A DNA stretch of 60,186 bases, filler included. It is 8 parts of 8 records of this genome, joined end to end, with 100 filler letters (N's around TTAATTAATTAA, not from the genome) between each part and the next. Parts side by side here need not be neighbours in the genome. Positions count along the whole stretch, not along the records: positions 9,012 to 14,789 come from SRR31147125_11875; positions 14,890 to 24,638 come from SRR31147125_11878; 6 more parts are not named here. One strand, given 5' to 3'. Positions 11,761-24,738 of this stretch are shown one piece after another. The notes under the pieces are model-generated. The model had not been told where the DNA came from and searched no databases. It saw only the letters and a list, made by a program, of their open reading frames with translations. The translations under genes and the position numbers were made by a program. How positions within the stretch are numbered: position 1 is the stretch's first letter; each line of letters starts with the position of its first letter.

Positions 11761-13818
11761 TTACTTCTCAATCCGAATCCGCGCATCAACAGCCAAAATT
11801 TCGTGTTCGTTGCCCAGAAGCGGATTTATGTCTATTTCCTTAATTTCGGTGGCAAAACGTAGCAGGCTTGAGAGTCGTACCAGAATGTCGGCATACTTTT
11901 CAATATCCACGCCTTTTTGCTTCCGGTAACCTTTTAAAACTTTATACGATTTCAGACTTTTAATCATAGAAACAGCTGTTTTGTGGGTTAGCGGAGCCAA
12001 ACCCGAAGCAACATCTTTCATTACCTCAACATAAATACCGCCCATTCCGCAAAGCACCACATGACCAAAGGTTTCTTCGTAGGTTGCACCTAAAAACAAC
12101 TCTGTCCCCGAAGCCATTTGTGCAATCAATACCGCTTCGGCACCATTAATCTCGAAAAGATGATGAAATTCTTTTTGAACAGCTGTAGTATTTCTAACAT
12201 TTAAAACAACGCCACCAACATCGGTTTTGTGCACCGGCCCAACAACTTTCATAACCACCGGGAAACCAATTTCCATGGCGGCCAAAACAGCTTCCGACTC
12301 GGTTTTTGCAACTATTTCCTTAACGCGCGGAATTCCGGCCGCATCGAATAACTGATGAATTACCGACGGAGACTGATAACCATTTTTAGCTTTCTCAATA
12401 ACGCGCCTTATCTCGTCAACATCAATTCCTTCCATAAAAACTTCATTATCCGAAGGGCCCGGCGTATTCATTACCTTTGTAAGAGCACGTCCAAGCAATA
12501 CCTCATCGGGGAAGTTTACATTTCCGTGAGAAAGAAAACTCGCCACATCTTCTTTAACATCGATTAACGATGGAAGTATAGGATAAATAGGTTTGCTGCA
12601 TACTTTCATTTTCTCGGAAAGCAGATTATAAACATCACGAATTGGAAAAAGGCCCGAGCTACCGAAAATAACAGCCATCCCATCCACATCGAAATCATTC
12701 TCGCAGGTATCTACAATTTGTCCGAGTTGTTCTGCAGTTCCGGTTGCTAAAAAGTCGATAGGATTTTCGGCCGACGAACCGGGAAATAATCTTTCCAACA
12801 ATGCTGTCTTTTCCGGCGAATCTTGTATCTCAGGAATTTTTAAACCACCCGATTCAAGGGCGTCGGTAAGCATAACGCCCGGTCCTCCGGCGTGAGTAAT
12901 AATAGCCAGTTTTTTTCCTTTTAACTCGCGACACAAAAATACACTGGCAACGGTTGTAAGTTCTTCGCGGCCATAGCAACGCACAATTCCGGCTTTACGA
13001 AACAGCGCGTCAACAGCTGCATCAGAACTGGTTAAGGCTCCGGTATGCGAAGAAGCAGCGCGACTGCCGGCTGATGAACTTCCGGCTTTTATGGCTGCAA
13101 TTTTGCAACCTTTATTAATTAATGATGTGGCATGTTTCAAGAGCTTATCAGGACTGCCAATATTTTCGATGTACAGCAATTTTACCTTCGGGCTAACACC
13201 TTCTTCATAAGATTCATCCAAATAAGCCAAAATATCTTCAACACCGGTTTGAGCACTGTTTCCTACCGAAAAAACGTTGGCAAAACGCAATCCTTTTGGA
13301 ACACCCGACTCGATAATAAAAACCGCAGTCGCACCCGAACCGGAAATAAAGTCACAACCATTTGTACTTAATTCCGGAATTGGTGTGGTAAAAACGCTCG
13401 CATGGTCGGGTGTCATTACTCCAATACAGTTTGGCCCAATTAAACAAGCGTTGTTCTTATTTACTACATCAACAATCTTTTGCTCCAGTTCTTTACCTTC
13501 CTTATTGGTTTCGCCAAATCCGGCAGAAATTATAATAAATGCTTTTGTATTATGATACTCGGCCAAAACACTTACCGCATTGTAACAAAACTTTGCAGGT
13601 ATTGCCAGAATGGCCAAATCAACGTCGGGCAAATCGTCAACAGCATGAAACGATGGTATTCCCTGCACCTTCGATTCTTTTGGATTAACGGCATACAAAT
13701 CACCTGCAAAATTATGGTCTAGCAAATTTTTTACAATTTTACCGCCCGGTTTCGATGTATTATTAGAAGCACCTACAATAGCAATACTTTCAGGATGAAG
13801 TAATTTTTTATTTATCAT
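11761..13818 (-). CDS. Acetate--CoA ligase (ADP-forming) family, fused alpha/beta
   Basis: SIAIVGAS, LIGPNCIG, ASSHTG (phospho-His) and C-terminal ATP-grasp (HKTDVGGV, DINP). Confidence 0.92.
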   Translation of the reverse strand: MINKKLLHPESIAIVGASNNTSKPGGKIVKNLLDHNFAGDLYAVNPKESKVQGIPSFHAVDDLPDVDLAILAIPAKFCYNAVSVLAEYHNTKAFIIISAGFGETNKEGKELEQKIVDVVNKNNACLIGPNCIGVMTPDHASVFTTPIPELSTNGCDFISGSGATAVFIIESGVPKGLRFANVFSVGNSAQTGVEDILAYLDESYEEGVSPKVKLLYIENIGSPDKLLKHATSLINKGCKIAAIKAGSSSAGSRAASSHTGALTSSDAAVDALFRKAGIVRCYGREELTTVASVFLCRELKGKKLAIITHAGGPGVMLTDALESGGLKIPEIQDSPEKTALLERLFPGSSAENPIDFLATGTAEQLGQIVDTCENDFDVDGMAVIFGSSGLFPIRDVYNLLSEKMKVCSKPIYPILPSLIDVKEDVASFLSHGNVNFPDEVLLGRALTKVMNTPGPSDNEVFMEGIDVDEIRRVIEKAKNGYQSPSVIHQLFDAAGIPRVKEIVAKTESEAVLAAMEIGFPVVMKVVGPVHKTDVGGVVLNVRNTTAVQKEFHHLFEINGAEAVLIAQMASGTELFLGATYEETFGHVVLCGMGGIYVEVMKDVASGLAPLTHKTAVSMIKSLKSYKVLKGYRKQKGVDIEKYADILVRLSSLLRFATEIKEIDINPLLGNEHEILAVDARIRIEK

Positions 13819-13931
13819 GGTTCTGACTTTAACAAGCGTAAATGTAGAAAATTCAATATTAACGCTAACTGATTTTTTCAACATAGTGCAAATGACACTT
13901 ACTAAAAATGTAATTTTGTAAAAAAAGCTGA

Positions 13932-14744
13932 ATGAACGAAAACAAAGAGCAGAAAATAGTTGTATTTACCGAATTTAAAGATTGCGATAAAAGTCTAATT
14001 CTAAACGGATTAAAAATTGCGTCAATATTCAAAAAAGAACTCTGTCTGCTTTACAATTATAAGAAGAAGCAAAAATCGAAATACCAAAAATTTAAGCAAA
14101 AGTTACACGATTATACGGTGCCATTAAAAACAGAAATTCCAAATTTACAAGTTTCAACTCTTTTACTTTCAGAAAATCAACGCAATATTGCAGATACTTT
14201 AGCTGATAATCATGAGGCGATTATGATTGTAGCTAACACTGATAATTTTAAGAACCATTCGAAAGGACTTTCTGAAAGCCCAATTCCATATCTTTTTGTA
14301 AAGCCCGGCTCGCAGTTGAACAGTTTTAACAATATTACACAGCCCATCGACCTCAGAAAAGATCACACCGACTGCACTCTTTGGTGCTCGTATTTTGGTC
14401 GCTTTAATTCTGCCGAAATTGTTGTTGTAGCGGCAAACGACAGCTCGAAAGAAGGAAAATACCAGGTGGCGAAAAATGTGAATCTCACCCGAAAACTCTA
14501 CCGAAAATTTAAAATCGACCACAAAGTTTACAAAGGCACAAAAAATAGTTTGCACACTTCGTTCGAGTCGCTCGATTTTGCATTGGCTTCCGATTGTAAT
14601 TTGCTTGTTATGCTGGGTAGTTCTACAATTACGCCATTGGATTTACTTATTGGATTGCCCGAACGAAAGATTGTGAAAAGAGCAGGAAACCTGCCCGTTC
14701 TGATTATAAATCCGAGAAAGGACAATTATATTTTGTGCGACTGA
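13932..14744 (+). CDS. Universal stress protein-like (tandem USP)
   Basis: IVVFTEF and C-terminal LLVM...IGLPERKIV...PVLIINP. Confidence 0.7.
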   Translation: MNENKEQKIVVFTEFKDCDKSLILNGLKIASIFKKELCLLYNYKKKQKSKYQKFKQKLHDYTVPLKTEIPNLQVSTLLLSENQRNIADTLADNHEAIMIVANTDNFKNHSKGLSESPIPYLFVKPGSQLNSFNNITQPIDLRKDHTDCTLWCSYFGRFNSAEIVVVAANDSSKEGKYQVAKNVNLTRKLYRKFKIDHKVYKGTKNSLHTSFESLDFALASDCNLLVMLGSSTITPLDLLIGLPERKIVKRAGNLPVLIINPRKDNYILCD

Positions 14745-14889
14745 TATTCTTTTTCAATTTCAGTATCACTCTTTAACAAATCCATTTTTNNNNNNNNNNN
14801 NNNNNNNNNNNNNNNNNNNNNNNNNNNNNNNNNTTAATTAATTAANNNNNNNNNNNNNNNNNNNNNNNNNNNNNNNNNNNNNNNNNNNN

Positions 14890-15894
14890 GGGGAACAGGC
14901 CCAGTTCGCCGCCCGAGTCGGCCGTTTCTTTGTCATCCGAGTACTTTTTGGCCAGGGCCGCGAAATCTTCACCACTGAGAGCTTTATCAAGCACGTCTTC
15001 CGCTTTTTTGCGAACGTTTTCCTGTGTGTTTTCGTCAGCATTCTGAGAAACCTGGAAAAAAATGTGGGCGACATGGACTTTTTCCTGAATATCAAAACGG
15101 TCCAGGTGGCGCTGGTAGAATTTTTGCAATTCCTCAGGGGATACAACCACTTCAGGAATGTAGACCGCTGAATCGAAGAGAATATATTCCAGAGCAGTTT
15201 TTTCAGGGATTCTGAAACTTTCCTTTTTTTCGCTAAAAAATGCGTTAAGGTTTTCTTCGGAAACGTCAATCTGGTCTTCCAGAAGAGCGGGTGCCAAGCG
15301 TATAAAATGGAGGTTCACCTTCTCTTCCTGCTTACGGAAGGCCTCTTCGATATCCTGGTCGGAAACCTGAACATCCGCAACCATGCGGTTTCGGGTTTCC
15401 TGGGTTATCAGACGCTCCATCTGCATCTTTTCGAAAAGTTCCGGTGTCAATCGCTGGCTTGCGAGAATCTGGAGATATTTCCCTTTGTCGAACTTGCCGT
15501 CGGTCTGGAAATAGGGGCGTGCGGCAATCGATTCAACCAGTTGTTCTCGGGAAACGGTGATGCCCAGGCGCTCTCCTTCCTGGACTAGGAGCGCTTCTTC
15601 GATCAGGCCAGCAAGAGCCTGGTCTTTGATCCGCAGCTTTTTTTCCAGGGCTGGAGTGAACTGCTCCCCGTAAATGTTCTGGTAAGATCTGTAAAGGTTG
15701 ACATATACTTGGCGAAATGCCTCCATGTCGATTTTAGTGTCGTTAACCATGGCCGCCAGGGACCTGTCGCCGCCCCCCGGATCGTCACCTCTGCCCCAGA
15801 CGAGGAAGATGGTTCCCACGAAAGCGGCGATGATGGCCCAGAAGACAAATTTAAGAAGCAGGGTTTTCTGTTTTTTTCGAATAAGATCAAGCAT
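14890..15894 (-). CDS. ppiD: PpiD/SurA N-terminal domain peptidyl-prolyl isomerase (3'-partial)
   Basis: N-terminal TM anchor, SurA_N and rotamase motif HIFF...GEDFAALAKKYSDD...GGELG. Confidence 0.88.
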
Positions 15895-16035
15895 GTCCGC
15901 CAGTTTTCCTTTTTAGATGTTTATGAGAGATAACCAGCGGTAAATATTAGACAATAGCAGGCGTATTTGCAATGCTTTTTTATCCGATAGGCCTTGAAAA
16001 TAAAAGGCTATTTTGCTAATCTGAACCACCTTTAG

Positions 16036-17130
<1,095 letters not shown>

Positions 17131-17193
17131 AATGGTTCTATTGCTCCCGCTGTCGGGGTTTAGCCGTTTTTTTTGAGCGCCGGAAAGCTCTCC

Positions 17194-18011
17194 ATGCTGG
17201 ACTGGCTTAGGAAATTTCGCAAGACCATTATCATGGTCCTGCTTCTGCTGTCAGCCCTCCTGTTTTATTCCATTAATTTGAGGGATCGGGAAAAAACCAC
17301 CCTTTTTGAGAAGGTCATTCTTGAAATTTCCGCCCCTTTTGAGATGGCCTTCGATTACTCCGTCCGATCTGTCAGGGATTGGTGGGGGCATTATGTCTGG
17401 CTGGTTTCGACCGCTGAGAGAAACCGTACCCTTGAAGATGAAAACCGGGAGTTGCGTTCGTCGCTCCAGGAAATGGATGAAGTCCGGCAGACCAATGAAC
17501 GCCTGCGCCGGCTTCTTGACTTCAAGGAAAAGACGGCCCTGCCGGCCCTGCCGGCCCGGGTGGTTGCGGAAGACAGTACCAACTGGTTTCGTTCCGTGGT
17601 TATCGACAAAGGCTCCAGTGATGGTATTCGTGAAGGGATGCCGGTGGTGGCGGCTGAAGGGGTTGTCGGCAGGATCATCCGGGCCGCCCCACATGAATCG
17701 AGGGTTCTGTTGATTACCGACGCATCCTCCGCGGTTGCGGCCCTGATTCAGAAAAGCCGTGCTCGTGGAGTTTGCCGCGGGCAGGGCGGGTTTCTCACCA
17801 TGGAGTTCACGCTCCGTCAAAAGGACATCAATGTAGGTGACCGTATTATCGCTTCCGGAACCGGGGGGTCTTTCCCAAAGGTGTTCCGGTGGGAAGCGTG
17901 GTTCGAGTCGGCCGCAAGAGTTATGGTCTTTTCCAGTCGGTGACCCTCGTTCCTGCGGTTGACTTTTTCAGCCTGGAAGAGGTCCTGGTGCTGCGGAAGG
18001 TGGAGGAATGA
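17194..18011 (+). CDS. mreC: Rod shape-determining protein MreC (frameshift near 17880)
   Basis: Coiled coil, IDKGSSDG..GMPV...GVVG, operon position. Confidence 0.93.
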
Positions 18012-18577
18012 AGAAGTTTTTTCTTGCGACCCTCCTCGGCCTGGCGATCATTTTTCTGCAGACATGGTTGTTTCCTTCTCTATTTCCCTTTCGCTTAAAG
18101 CCGGATTTGTTCCTTATTCTCGTGGTATACATCGGGATTTACGCCGAGTTCCATCGTGGTGCCGCCTTCAGCCTGCTGTTCGGCTGGTTTCAGGATGTTT
18201 TTGCCGGGAACTCTATGGGCCTTTACGGTCTTGTTTTTCTGATTATCTATTTCATGGTTCGCTACGGCGCCTCACGCTTTAATGTGGAAGCTTTGGGTAC
18301 CTTTTATTACCTGGTGTTTTTCGGCACCCTTACGGAAGCCTTCCTGGTCTGTTTTTTTCAGACGTTTTTCACTGATGCGGGAATGTTGTGGTATGTCATA
18401 CTCCAAAACCTTTTTTCGCAGGTGTTCCTCAATATGCTGTTTGCTTTTTTACTGTTAAGAATCCTGCTGTTACTGCAGTGGACAACCGAGCTGGTTTGCC
18501 GGTCCCGGGCAGGTCCAGCAAGGATAACTTCTAGGAGCCTGTCGACAGACTCCTCCTGCCCATTTGTTAAATTCTAA
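18008..18577 (+). CDS. mreD: Rod shape-determining protein MreD
   Basis: KPDLFLILVVY...GWFQD hydrophobic protein between mreC and mrdA. Confidence 0.88.
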   Translation: MKKFFLATLLGLAIIFLQTWLFPSLFPFRLKPDLFLILVVYIGIYAEFHRGAAFSLLFGWFQDVFAGNSMGLYGLVFLIIYFMVRYGASRFNVEALGTFYYLVFFGTLTEAFLVCFFQTFFTDAGMLWYVILQNLFSQVFLNMLFAFLLLRILLLLQWTTELVCRSRAGPARITSRSLSTDSSCPFVKF

Positions 18578-18598
18578 TTCTATTATATTCCACGTTTA

Positions 18599-20455
18599 AT
18601 GACGCCCGGAATGGGAATAAGGAATGTCCTTTCAGGAAAAAAACAGTTTAGAATCCTTGTCGCGGTTGTTGTCGGGGTTTTTCTTATCCTTATTCTGCGT
18701 CTCTGGTATCTGCAGATTATCAATACCGACGATTTTCGCACCCAATCCGAGGAGAACAGAACCCGCTATGTTCTGATCCCGGCGGAACGAGGGCCTGTTT
18801 TTGATCGGAACGGGGATCTGCTGGTTGAAAATCGCCCTTCCTTTAACATTCTCGCTCTGCGTCAGGAAATCGGGGATCGGGAGAAGCTTTTTGCCGCGCT
18901 TGCAGAATTGATGGGAGTCGAGCCGGCGGAGCTTGAAAAAAACTGGCAGCAGTCCAAGTCTCTTCCGCCCTATATTCCTATTTTGCTGGCTGAAGATGTC
19001 GGTTGGGAAACGATGGAAAAAATTGAGGAGAACACCGTATCCCTTCCAGGCATCCTGGTTGAGACTCAGCCGATGCGTGCCTATCCCAATGGGGTTATGG
19101 CCGCCCACCTTCTTGGTTATCTCGGGCAGATTACGGAAAAGGAATTGAGAAGCCCCGATTTTGAGAATTATTATCCCGGGGCATATGTTGGCAAAAGTGG
19201 TCTGGAAAAGGTCCTGGACCCCTATTTGAGAGGTTTTCCCGGCGAACATCGCATCGAAGTGGATGTCAAAGGGAAAATGCTGCGGATTCTTAAGACCAGA
19301 GAGCCCAAGCCTGGAAACCGTGTTTTCCTGACTATCCGCAAAGACCTTCAGGAGGCGGCAGAGAATGCCTTCGGGGATCAGGCCGGGGCTGCGGTGGCCC
19401 TGGATATTCATAGCGGGGAGGTGTTGGCCATGGTCAGCCGTCCCGGTTTCAATCCGGCCCACTTCGCCCGTGGGATCCGCGGGGAGGAATGGAAGAAGAT
19501 CCTCACGGATTCGCGCCACCCGCTCCAGAACAAGGCCATCAAAGGACAGTATCCACCGGGCTCGACCTTTAAAATCGTGACAGCCCTGGCGGCTTTGAAG
19601 GCGGGCGCTGCAACGTCGGAGACTGTAGAATATTGTCCCGGGAGCGTCCACTTTGGAAACCGCAGGTTTCGCTGCTGGAAAAGGGGTGGGCATGGTTGGA
19701 CTGACATCAGAAAAGCCCTGAAAGAGAGCTGCGATGTCTATTTTTATAAAGTGGGGTATGAACTCGGCATTGATCAGCTTTCCGAAACCGCCAGGAATCT
19801 GGGTCTGGGAGCCCGGACCGGAATTGATCTCGATGGGGAAAAGAAAGGCTTGATTCCGGATCGGGAATGGAAATGGAATCGCTTCGGTGAGAAATGGTAT
19901 GATGGTGAAACCGTAAACGCATCCATCGGTCAGGGCTTTGTCTTAACCACCCCCATTCAACTGGCTGTGATGACCGCTGCCGTAGCTAATGGCGGCAAGG
20001 TCATGAGGCCCTATGTTGTTTCCCATGTAGAACATTGGAGCGGCCGCAAACTGCTGGAAAATGGGCCGACGGCGGTGAGGGAGGTCGAGCTTGAGAAGAG
20101 GCATCTGAAAGCGGTTTCAGAAGGGCTTGAAGCGGCGGTTAACGAGAGAAAGGGGACCGCCTGGACAAGTCGTCTTGAAGGGGTTCGGGTTGCGGGGAAA
20201 ACCGGTACCGCCCAGGTGGTGAAGCTCAAAGAGAAATTGGGGAAAAACACCGATGAGGAGGATATTCCTTATCGTTTTCGGGACCATGCTTTATTTGTTG
20301 CTTATGCCCCTGTTGAAGCGCCTGAAATAGCCGTGGCCGTGGTTGTTGAGCATGGCAGTCATGGCGGGAGTGTGGCCGCGCCGATCACCCAGGCGATTTT
20401 CAGTCATTATTTTGGTATTGAAGTGCCTGACGAGGAGACTCCTCCTGGCGGATGA
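18599..20455 (+). CDS. mrdA: Penicillin-binding protein 2
   Basis: STFK, SCD and KTGT motifs. Confidence 0.96.
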   Translation: MTPGMGIRNVLSGKKQFRILVAVVVGVFLILILRLWYLQIINTDDFRTQSEENRTRYVLIPAERGPVFDRNGDLLVENRPSFNILALRQEIGDREKLFAALAELMGVEPAELEKNWQQSKSLPPYIPILLAEDVGWETMEKIEENTVSLPGILVETQPMRAYPNGVMAAHLLGYLGQITEKELRSPDFENYYPGAYVGKSGLEKVLDPYLRGFPGEHRIEVDVKGKMLRILKTREPKPGNRVFLTIRKDLQEAAENAFGDQAGAAVALDIHSGEVLAMVSRPGFNPAHFARGIRGEEWKKILTDSRHPLQNKAIKGQYPPGSTFKIVTALAALKAGAATSETVEYCPGSVHFGNRRFRCWKRGGHGWTDIRKALKESCDVYFYKVGYELGIDQLSETARNLGLGARTGIDLDGEKKGLIPDREWKWNRFGEKWYDGETVNASIGQGFVLTTPIQLAVMTAAVANGGKVMRPYVVSHVEHWSGRKLLENGPTAVREVELEKRHLKAVSEGLEAAVNERKGTAWTSRLEGVRVAGKTGTAQVVKLKEKLGKNTDEEDIPYRFRDHALFVAYAPVEAPEIAVAVVVEHGSHGGSVAAPITQAIFSHYFGIEVPDEETPPGG

Positions 20456-21557
20456 CCTTTATGTTCGATAGAAGATTACTGACTCATTTTGACTGGTTTT
20501 TTCTGCTTCTCATCCTGTTTGTTTCGACGATCGGGATTCTCAACCTTTATAGCGCCACCTTCTCCTGGAAAACCTATGGGCAGCCGGTTTATATGAAACA
20601 GATTTACTGGCTGGGGATGGGAATATCCATCGCGCTCGGCATGTGTCTTTTCGACTATCGCAAACTCAAACGCCTGGGATGGCCCCTTTATATCATCACC
20701 CTGGGGTTGCTGGGCTGGGTCCTGCTTTTTGGAAAGACATCCATGGGCGCTACCCGCTGGATCGATCTCGGATTTTTCAATCTTCAGCCGAGTGAAGTCA
20801 TGAAGGTTGTGATTATTCTTGCGTTGGCCTGCTATTTTAACGAACGCTTTTATCCCCTGGGCTGTTCATTGCGGGACCTGATTGTCCCTTTTCTGCTGTT
20901 GCTGATTCCTTTCGGCCTTGTTATCAAGCAGCCGGACTTGGGAACCGGTCTTCTGATTCTATTCATCGGCGCCACGACCCTGCTTTTTGTGCGAATCCAG
21001 TTTAAAACCTTGGTGACCCTGCTGGTTTGCGGAGGCTTGACCCCCGTTTTCGGCTGGTTTTTCCTCAAGGATTATCAGAAATTACGCATTTATTCCTTTC
21101 TCGACCCCGAGCGGGACCCCCTGGGGGCCGGGTACCACATCATTCAGTCCAAAATCGCTGTCGGGAGCGGGGGTTCTGGGGTAAAGGGTTCATGCATGGA
21201 ACCCAGTCCCAGCTCTCTTTTCTTCCCGAGCGGCACACGGACTTCGCCTTTTCGGTTTTTGCCGAAGAGTGGGGCTTTGCCGGGTGTGCGGCGCTTCTGC
21301 TCATTTATTTCCTTATAGTGGCCTGGGGTTTTTTCATTGCCTATCGCGCTTCGGACCGTTTCGGCAAGCTGTTGGCCGTGGGTGTTGTGTGCATGTTCTT
21401 CTGGCATGTGGTGGTCAACCTGGGGATGGTTATCGGGCTTCTCCCGGTGGTAGGGGTTCCCCTGCCGCTCTTTTCCTATGGCGGAACGAGCATGGTCACA
21501 ACCATGATCGGCACCGGTCTGCTGTTGAATGTGAGCATGCGGCGCTTCATGTTTTAG
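20452..21557 (+). CDS. rodA: Rod shape-determining protein RodA (frameshift near 21170)
   Basis: QPSE, QPDLGT, ERHTDF and PLFSYGG SEDS motifs across two ORFs. Confidence 0.95.
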
Positions 21558-21749
21558 CCGGCCTTGTGTGTGCGGCTCATCATGACTTCAAAATTCGATT
21601 CTTTTTGGCCCTGCCTGCGTTGCATCATCATTCTTTAAATCCAATCCAGTTAGGCTTCATTATCGCCTGCTCCATTACTTGAGATCTTGTCGGAGAATAG
21701 ATCTGATTCGTGGTATTCTTTTTCTAATTCAGGTCAAAAGGAGGAAATC

Positions 21750-22759
21750 ATGCACGAGGCTCTTTTCTGGGAAGAACTCCCGGCCTTGAAGGTCAGTGCC
21801 GCCTGTGCCGATTTTTGCGTGATCGAGCGGGGCCATCGTGGCCGCTGCCGGGTGCGGGAAAACAGAGAGGGAAAGCTTTACTCTCTGGTTTACGGGAAAG
21901 CCATCGCCGAAAATATCGATCCGATCGAAAAGAAACCCCTTTTTCATTTTCAGCCCGGCAGCCGTAGCTATTCCATTGCCACGGCCGGTTGTAATTTTCG
22001 CTGCCTGCATTGCCAGAACTATCAGATCTCCCAGGTGGCTGGTGTCGATCTGGAACGCTCCGGTTTTGATCTGCCGGCGGCAACGGCCGTGGCGCATGCC
22101 GAGGCCGGTGGTTGCGCCAGCATCGCTTACACCTACACCGAACCGACCATCTATTTTGAATATGCCCTCGATATCGCCAAGCTTGCCCGGAAAAAGGGAA
22201 TTTGCAACGTCTTCGTCACCAACGGCTATACCGGCAAGGAGGCACTTGAAACCATCGCCCCTTTTCTGGATGCAGCCAATGTGGACCTGAAAGGATTTAC
22301 CGAGAGCTTTTACCGTAAGGTTACGGGGGCAGGACTTCAGGGGGTTCTGGAAACGCTCATCCTTTACAAAAAGCTGGGCATCTGGCTGGAGGTCACCACT
22401 CTGGTGATTCCGGGCTGTAATGATTCGGAACCTGAGCTGAAGAACATCGCCCGCTTTATTGCCGGAGAACTTGGGACTGGAACCCCCTGGCATATCACCG
22501 CCTTTTATCCCACCTACAGAATGCTCGATAAGCCCCGGACGCCAGCTTCCACTTTGCGGCGGGCCAGGGAAATTGGCCAGGAATCGGGCCTTCAGTTTGT
22601 CTATGTAGGGAATATCCCTGGAGAGGAAGGGGAAAACACCTTCTGCCCAGCCTGTGGCCGCAAGGTCATCCCCGCAGCGGTTTTTCCCTGCGTGCTATGC
22701 GGGTGAAAGAAGGCAAATGTGATTTTTGTAGCGAAAGGTTGCCGGGGATATGGGAATGA
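21750..22759 (+). CDS. amrS: AmmeMemoRadiSam system radical SAM enzyme
   Basis: DPIEKKPLFHF, CNFRCLHCQN, YTYTEP. Small indels near both ends. Confidence 0.9.
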
Positions 22760-22771
22760 TGTTCTCTTTTT

Positions 22772-23970
22772 TTATCCCTCACTGGTCATGATAAATTGAG
22801 GTTGTCCGCTGAACGTTTCATAAATCGGCCGCATGCGGTCGGGATTATAGTATTTTTTAACATTAACCACCTTCTTCTGTCCTGTGACGATATCAATGGG
22901 GACGCTGTTGTAGCAGCCGTTGCGCAGGCTGATGAGAAGGCCCGAACGTTTGGACAGAATAAGATCGAGGGCCAGGTTGCCGAAAGCCATGGGGACGATG
23001 GAATCGGTAGCGTCCGGGTCGCCGCACCGGACCAGATAGCCGAGTCTCTGGCTGACGATATTGATACGTTTGCCGTGATTGTGTTCGGCGGACATTTCCT
23101 TGAGGATGGCCGCAACCCGGTCGCCGATCCCGCCGAGCTTGCGGTGGCCGTACTGGTCGGCCTGTTCGCTTTCAAAAGACATGTCCATGTCATGCAGCAT
23201 CTGGGCTCCTTCCGAGACCAGGACCACGGCATATTTGCTTGGATGGTGGTTGCGGTCGTGGATCAGGAGTTCGGTGAGGCGCTCCATGTCAAAGGGATAT
23301 TCCGGGATGACGCAACGGTCGGCGGCACCGGCCATGGTCGGCAGCATAGCCGTGAAGCCCGCGTAACGGCCAAAAACCTCGATGACCAGGAAACGTTCGT
23401 GAGAGCCTGCCGTGGTGCGGAGCTTATGAGTCAGCTCGATGGTGCGTGTTACGCAGGTGCTGAAGCCGATGCAATAGTCCGTCCCTGGGACATCATTATC
23501 CATGGTTTTGGGAATGGCCACGATTTTAACGCCCTCTTCATGCAGGCGCTTGGCGTAGCTGAGGGTGTCGTCCCCGCCGATGGCGATCAGGTAATCAATG
23601 CCGAGGAACTCCAGATTTTTGAGGATTTCCGGAGTGATGTCGTTGATCTCGTCGGGATACTTATCCCGAAGGTGAGGGGGACGATATTCAGGGGCAGGTG
23701 GCTGGGCCGGGTGCGGGAGGTATGCAGAAAGGTCCCCCCGGTTCTGCCAGCGCGGTTGACAATATCCTCGGTCAGGATCTGCACCTGGGAGGTGTTGTCG
23801 GCCCCTTTATCCGGTATCAGGTCGACCAGACCGCCCCAGCCACGGCGGATTCCCAGTACCCGATAGCCTTCGCGCAGGGCGCGATAGGTGACGGCGCGAA
23901 TCGCCGGGTTGAGCCCGGGGACATCACCGCCGCCGGTGAGAATGCCTAAAGTCCCTTTAATAGCGGCCAT
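22772..23970 (-). CDS. pfkA: 6-phosphofructokinase (frameshift near 23660)
   Basis: TGGGDVPGLN, GGTFLHTSR, IPKTMDND and EVFGR. Confidence 0.93.
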
Positions 23971-24264
23971 AATGTTCACCTCATGTTTGTTTTGGGTTTG
24001 AAATTTGATTTATTCCGGACATGATGATATGAGAAAAAATGGCCTTGGAAAATCACAGCAAAGTAGAGTCTGTTTCGCGACCTGACCAGGCATTGACAAA
24101 TAAGTGCATAAAGGCCGGAGCTTTATTTTTGCGCTTACAATTTTCAGTCTGACATTTTTTCGGACAATTTCAAGGGGGCAACAAATAAGTAGCGACAGAT
24201 ACCGTGCAAAGGTGGAGCCTTGGGAAAGATTGGCCCCAGGGTTTGACTTAGAAGAAATTGAATT

Positions 24265-24302
24265 AAAAAAGACCTGACCCTATTTTGGATCAAGTCTTTT
24301 TT
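24265..24302. terminator. Bidirectional-type intrinsic terminator after sod
   Basis: AAAAAAGAC...GTCTTTTTTT hairpin. Confidence 0.55.
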
Positions 24303-24333
24303 ACGGCTAGGGTTTTATCAAAATTTTAGTCCA

Positions 24334-24638
24334 TCAGCCCAGGCAGGAGTTGACAAAATCCCAGTTGACCAGGCTGTCAAGAAAAGCTGTCAGGTAGTCG
24401 GGGCGCCGGTTCTGGAAATCCAGATAATAGGCGTGTTCCCAGACATCGATGGTCAAGAGTGGTTTCTGGCCATGGGCGATGGGGGTGTCGGCGTTGGCGG
24501 TTTTGGTGACTTTAAGTTTTCCTCCCTCAAGGACCAGCCAGGCCCAGCCACTGCCGAACTGGGTGGCCCCGGCGGTTTTCATCTCTTCCTTGAAGGCGTC
24601 GAAGCTTCCAAAATCCGCCTTGATTTTATCCGCGATAG
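24334..24638 (-). CDS. sodB: Fe/Mn superoxide dismutase (5'-partial)
   Basis: FGSGWAWL and DVWEHAYY. Confidence 0.93.
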
Positions 24639-24738
24639 NNNNNNNNNNNNNNNNNNNNNNNNNNNNNNNNNNNNNNNNNNNNTTAATTAATTAANNNNNN
24701 NNNNNNNNNNNNNNNNNNNNNNNNNNNNNNNNNNNNNN

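Noticed and set aside
21750-22759. amrS without amrA/amrB beside rodA
   Set aside because: Dispersed AmmeMemoRadiSam genes are not unusual, and nothing here suggests a link to the elongasome.
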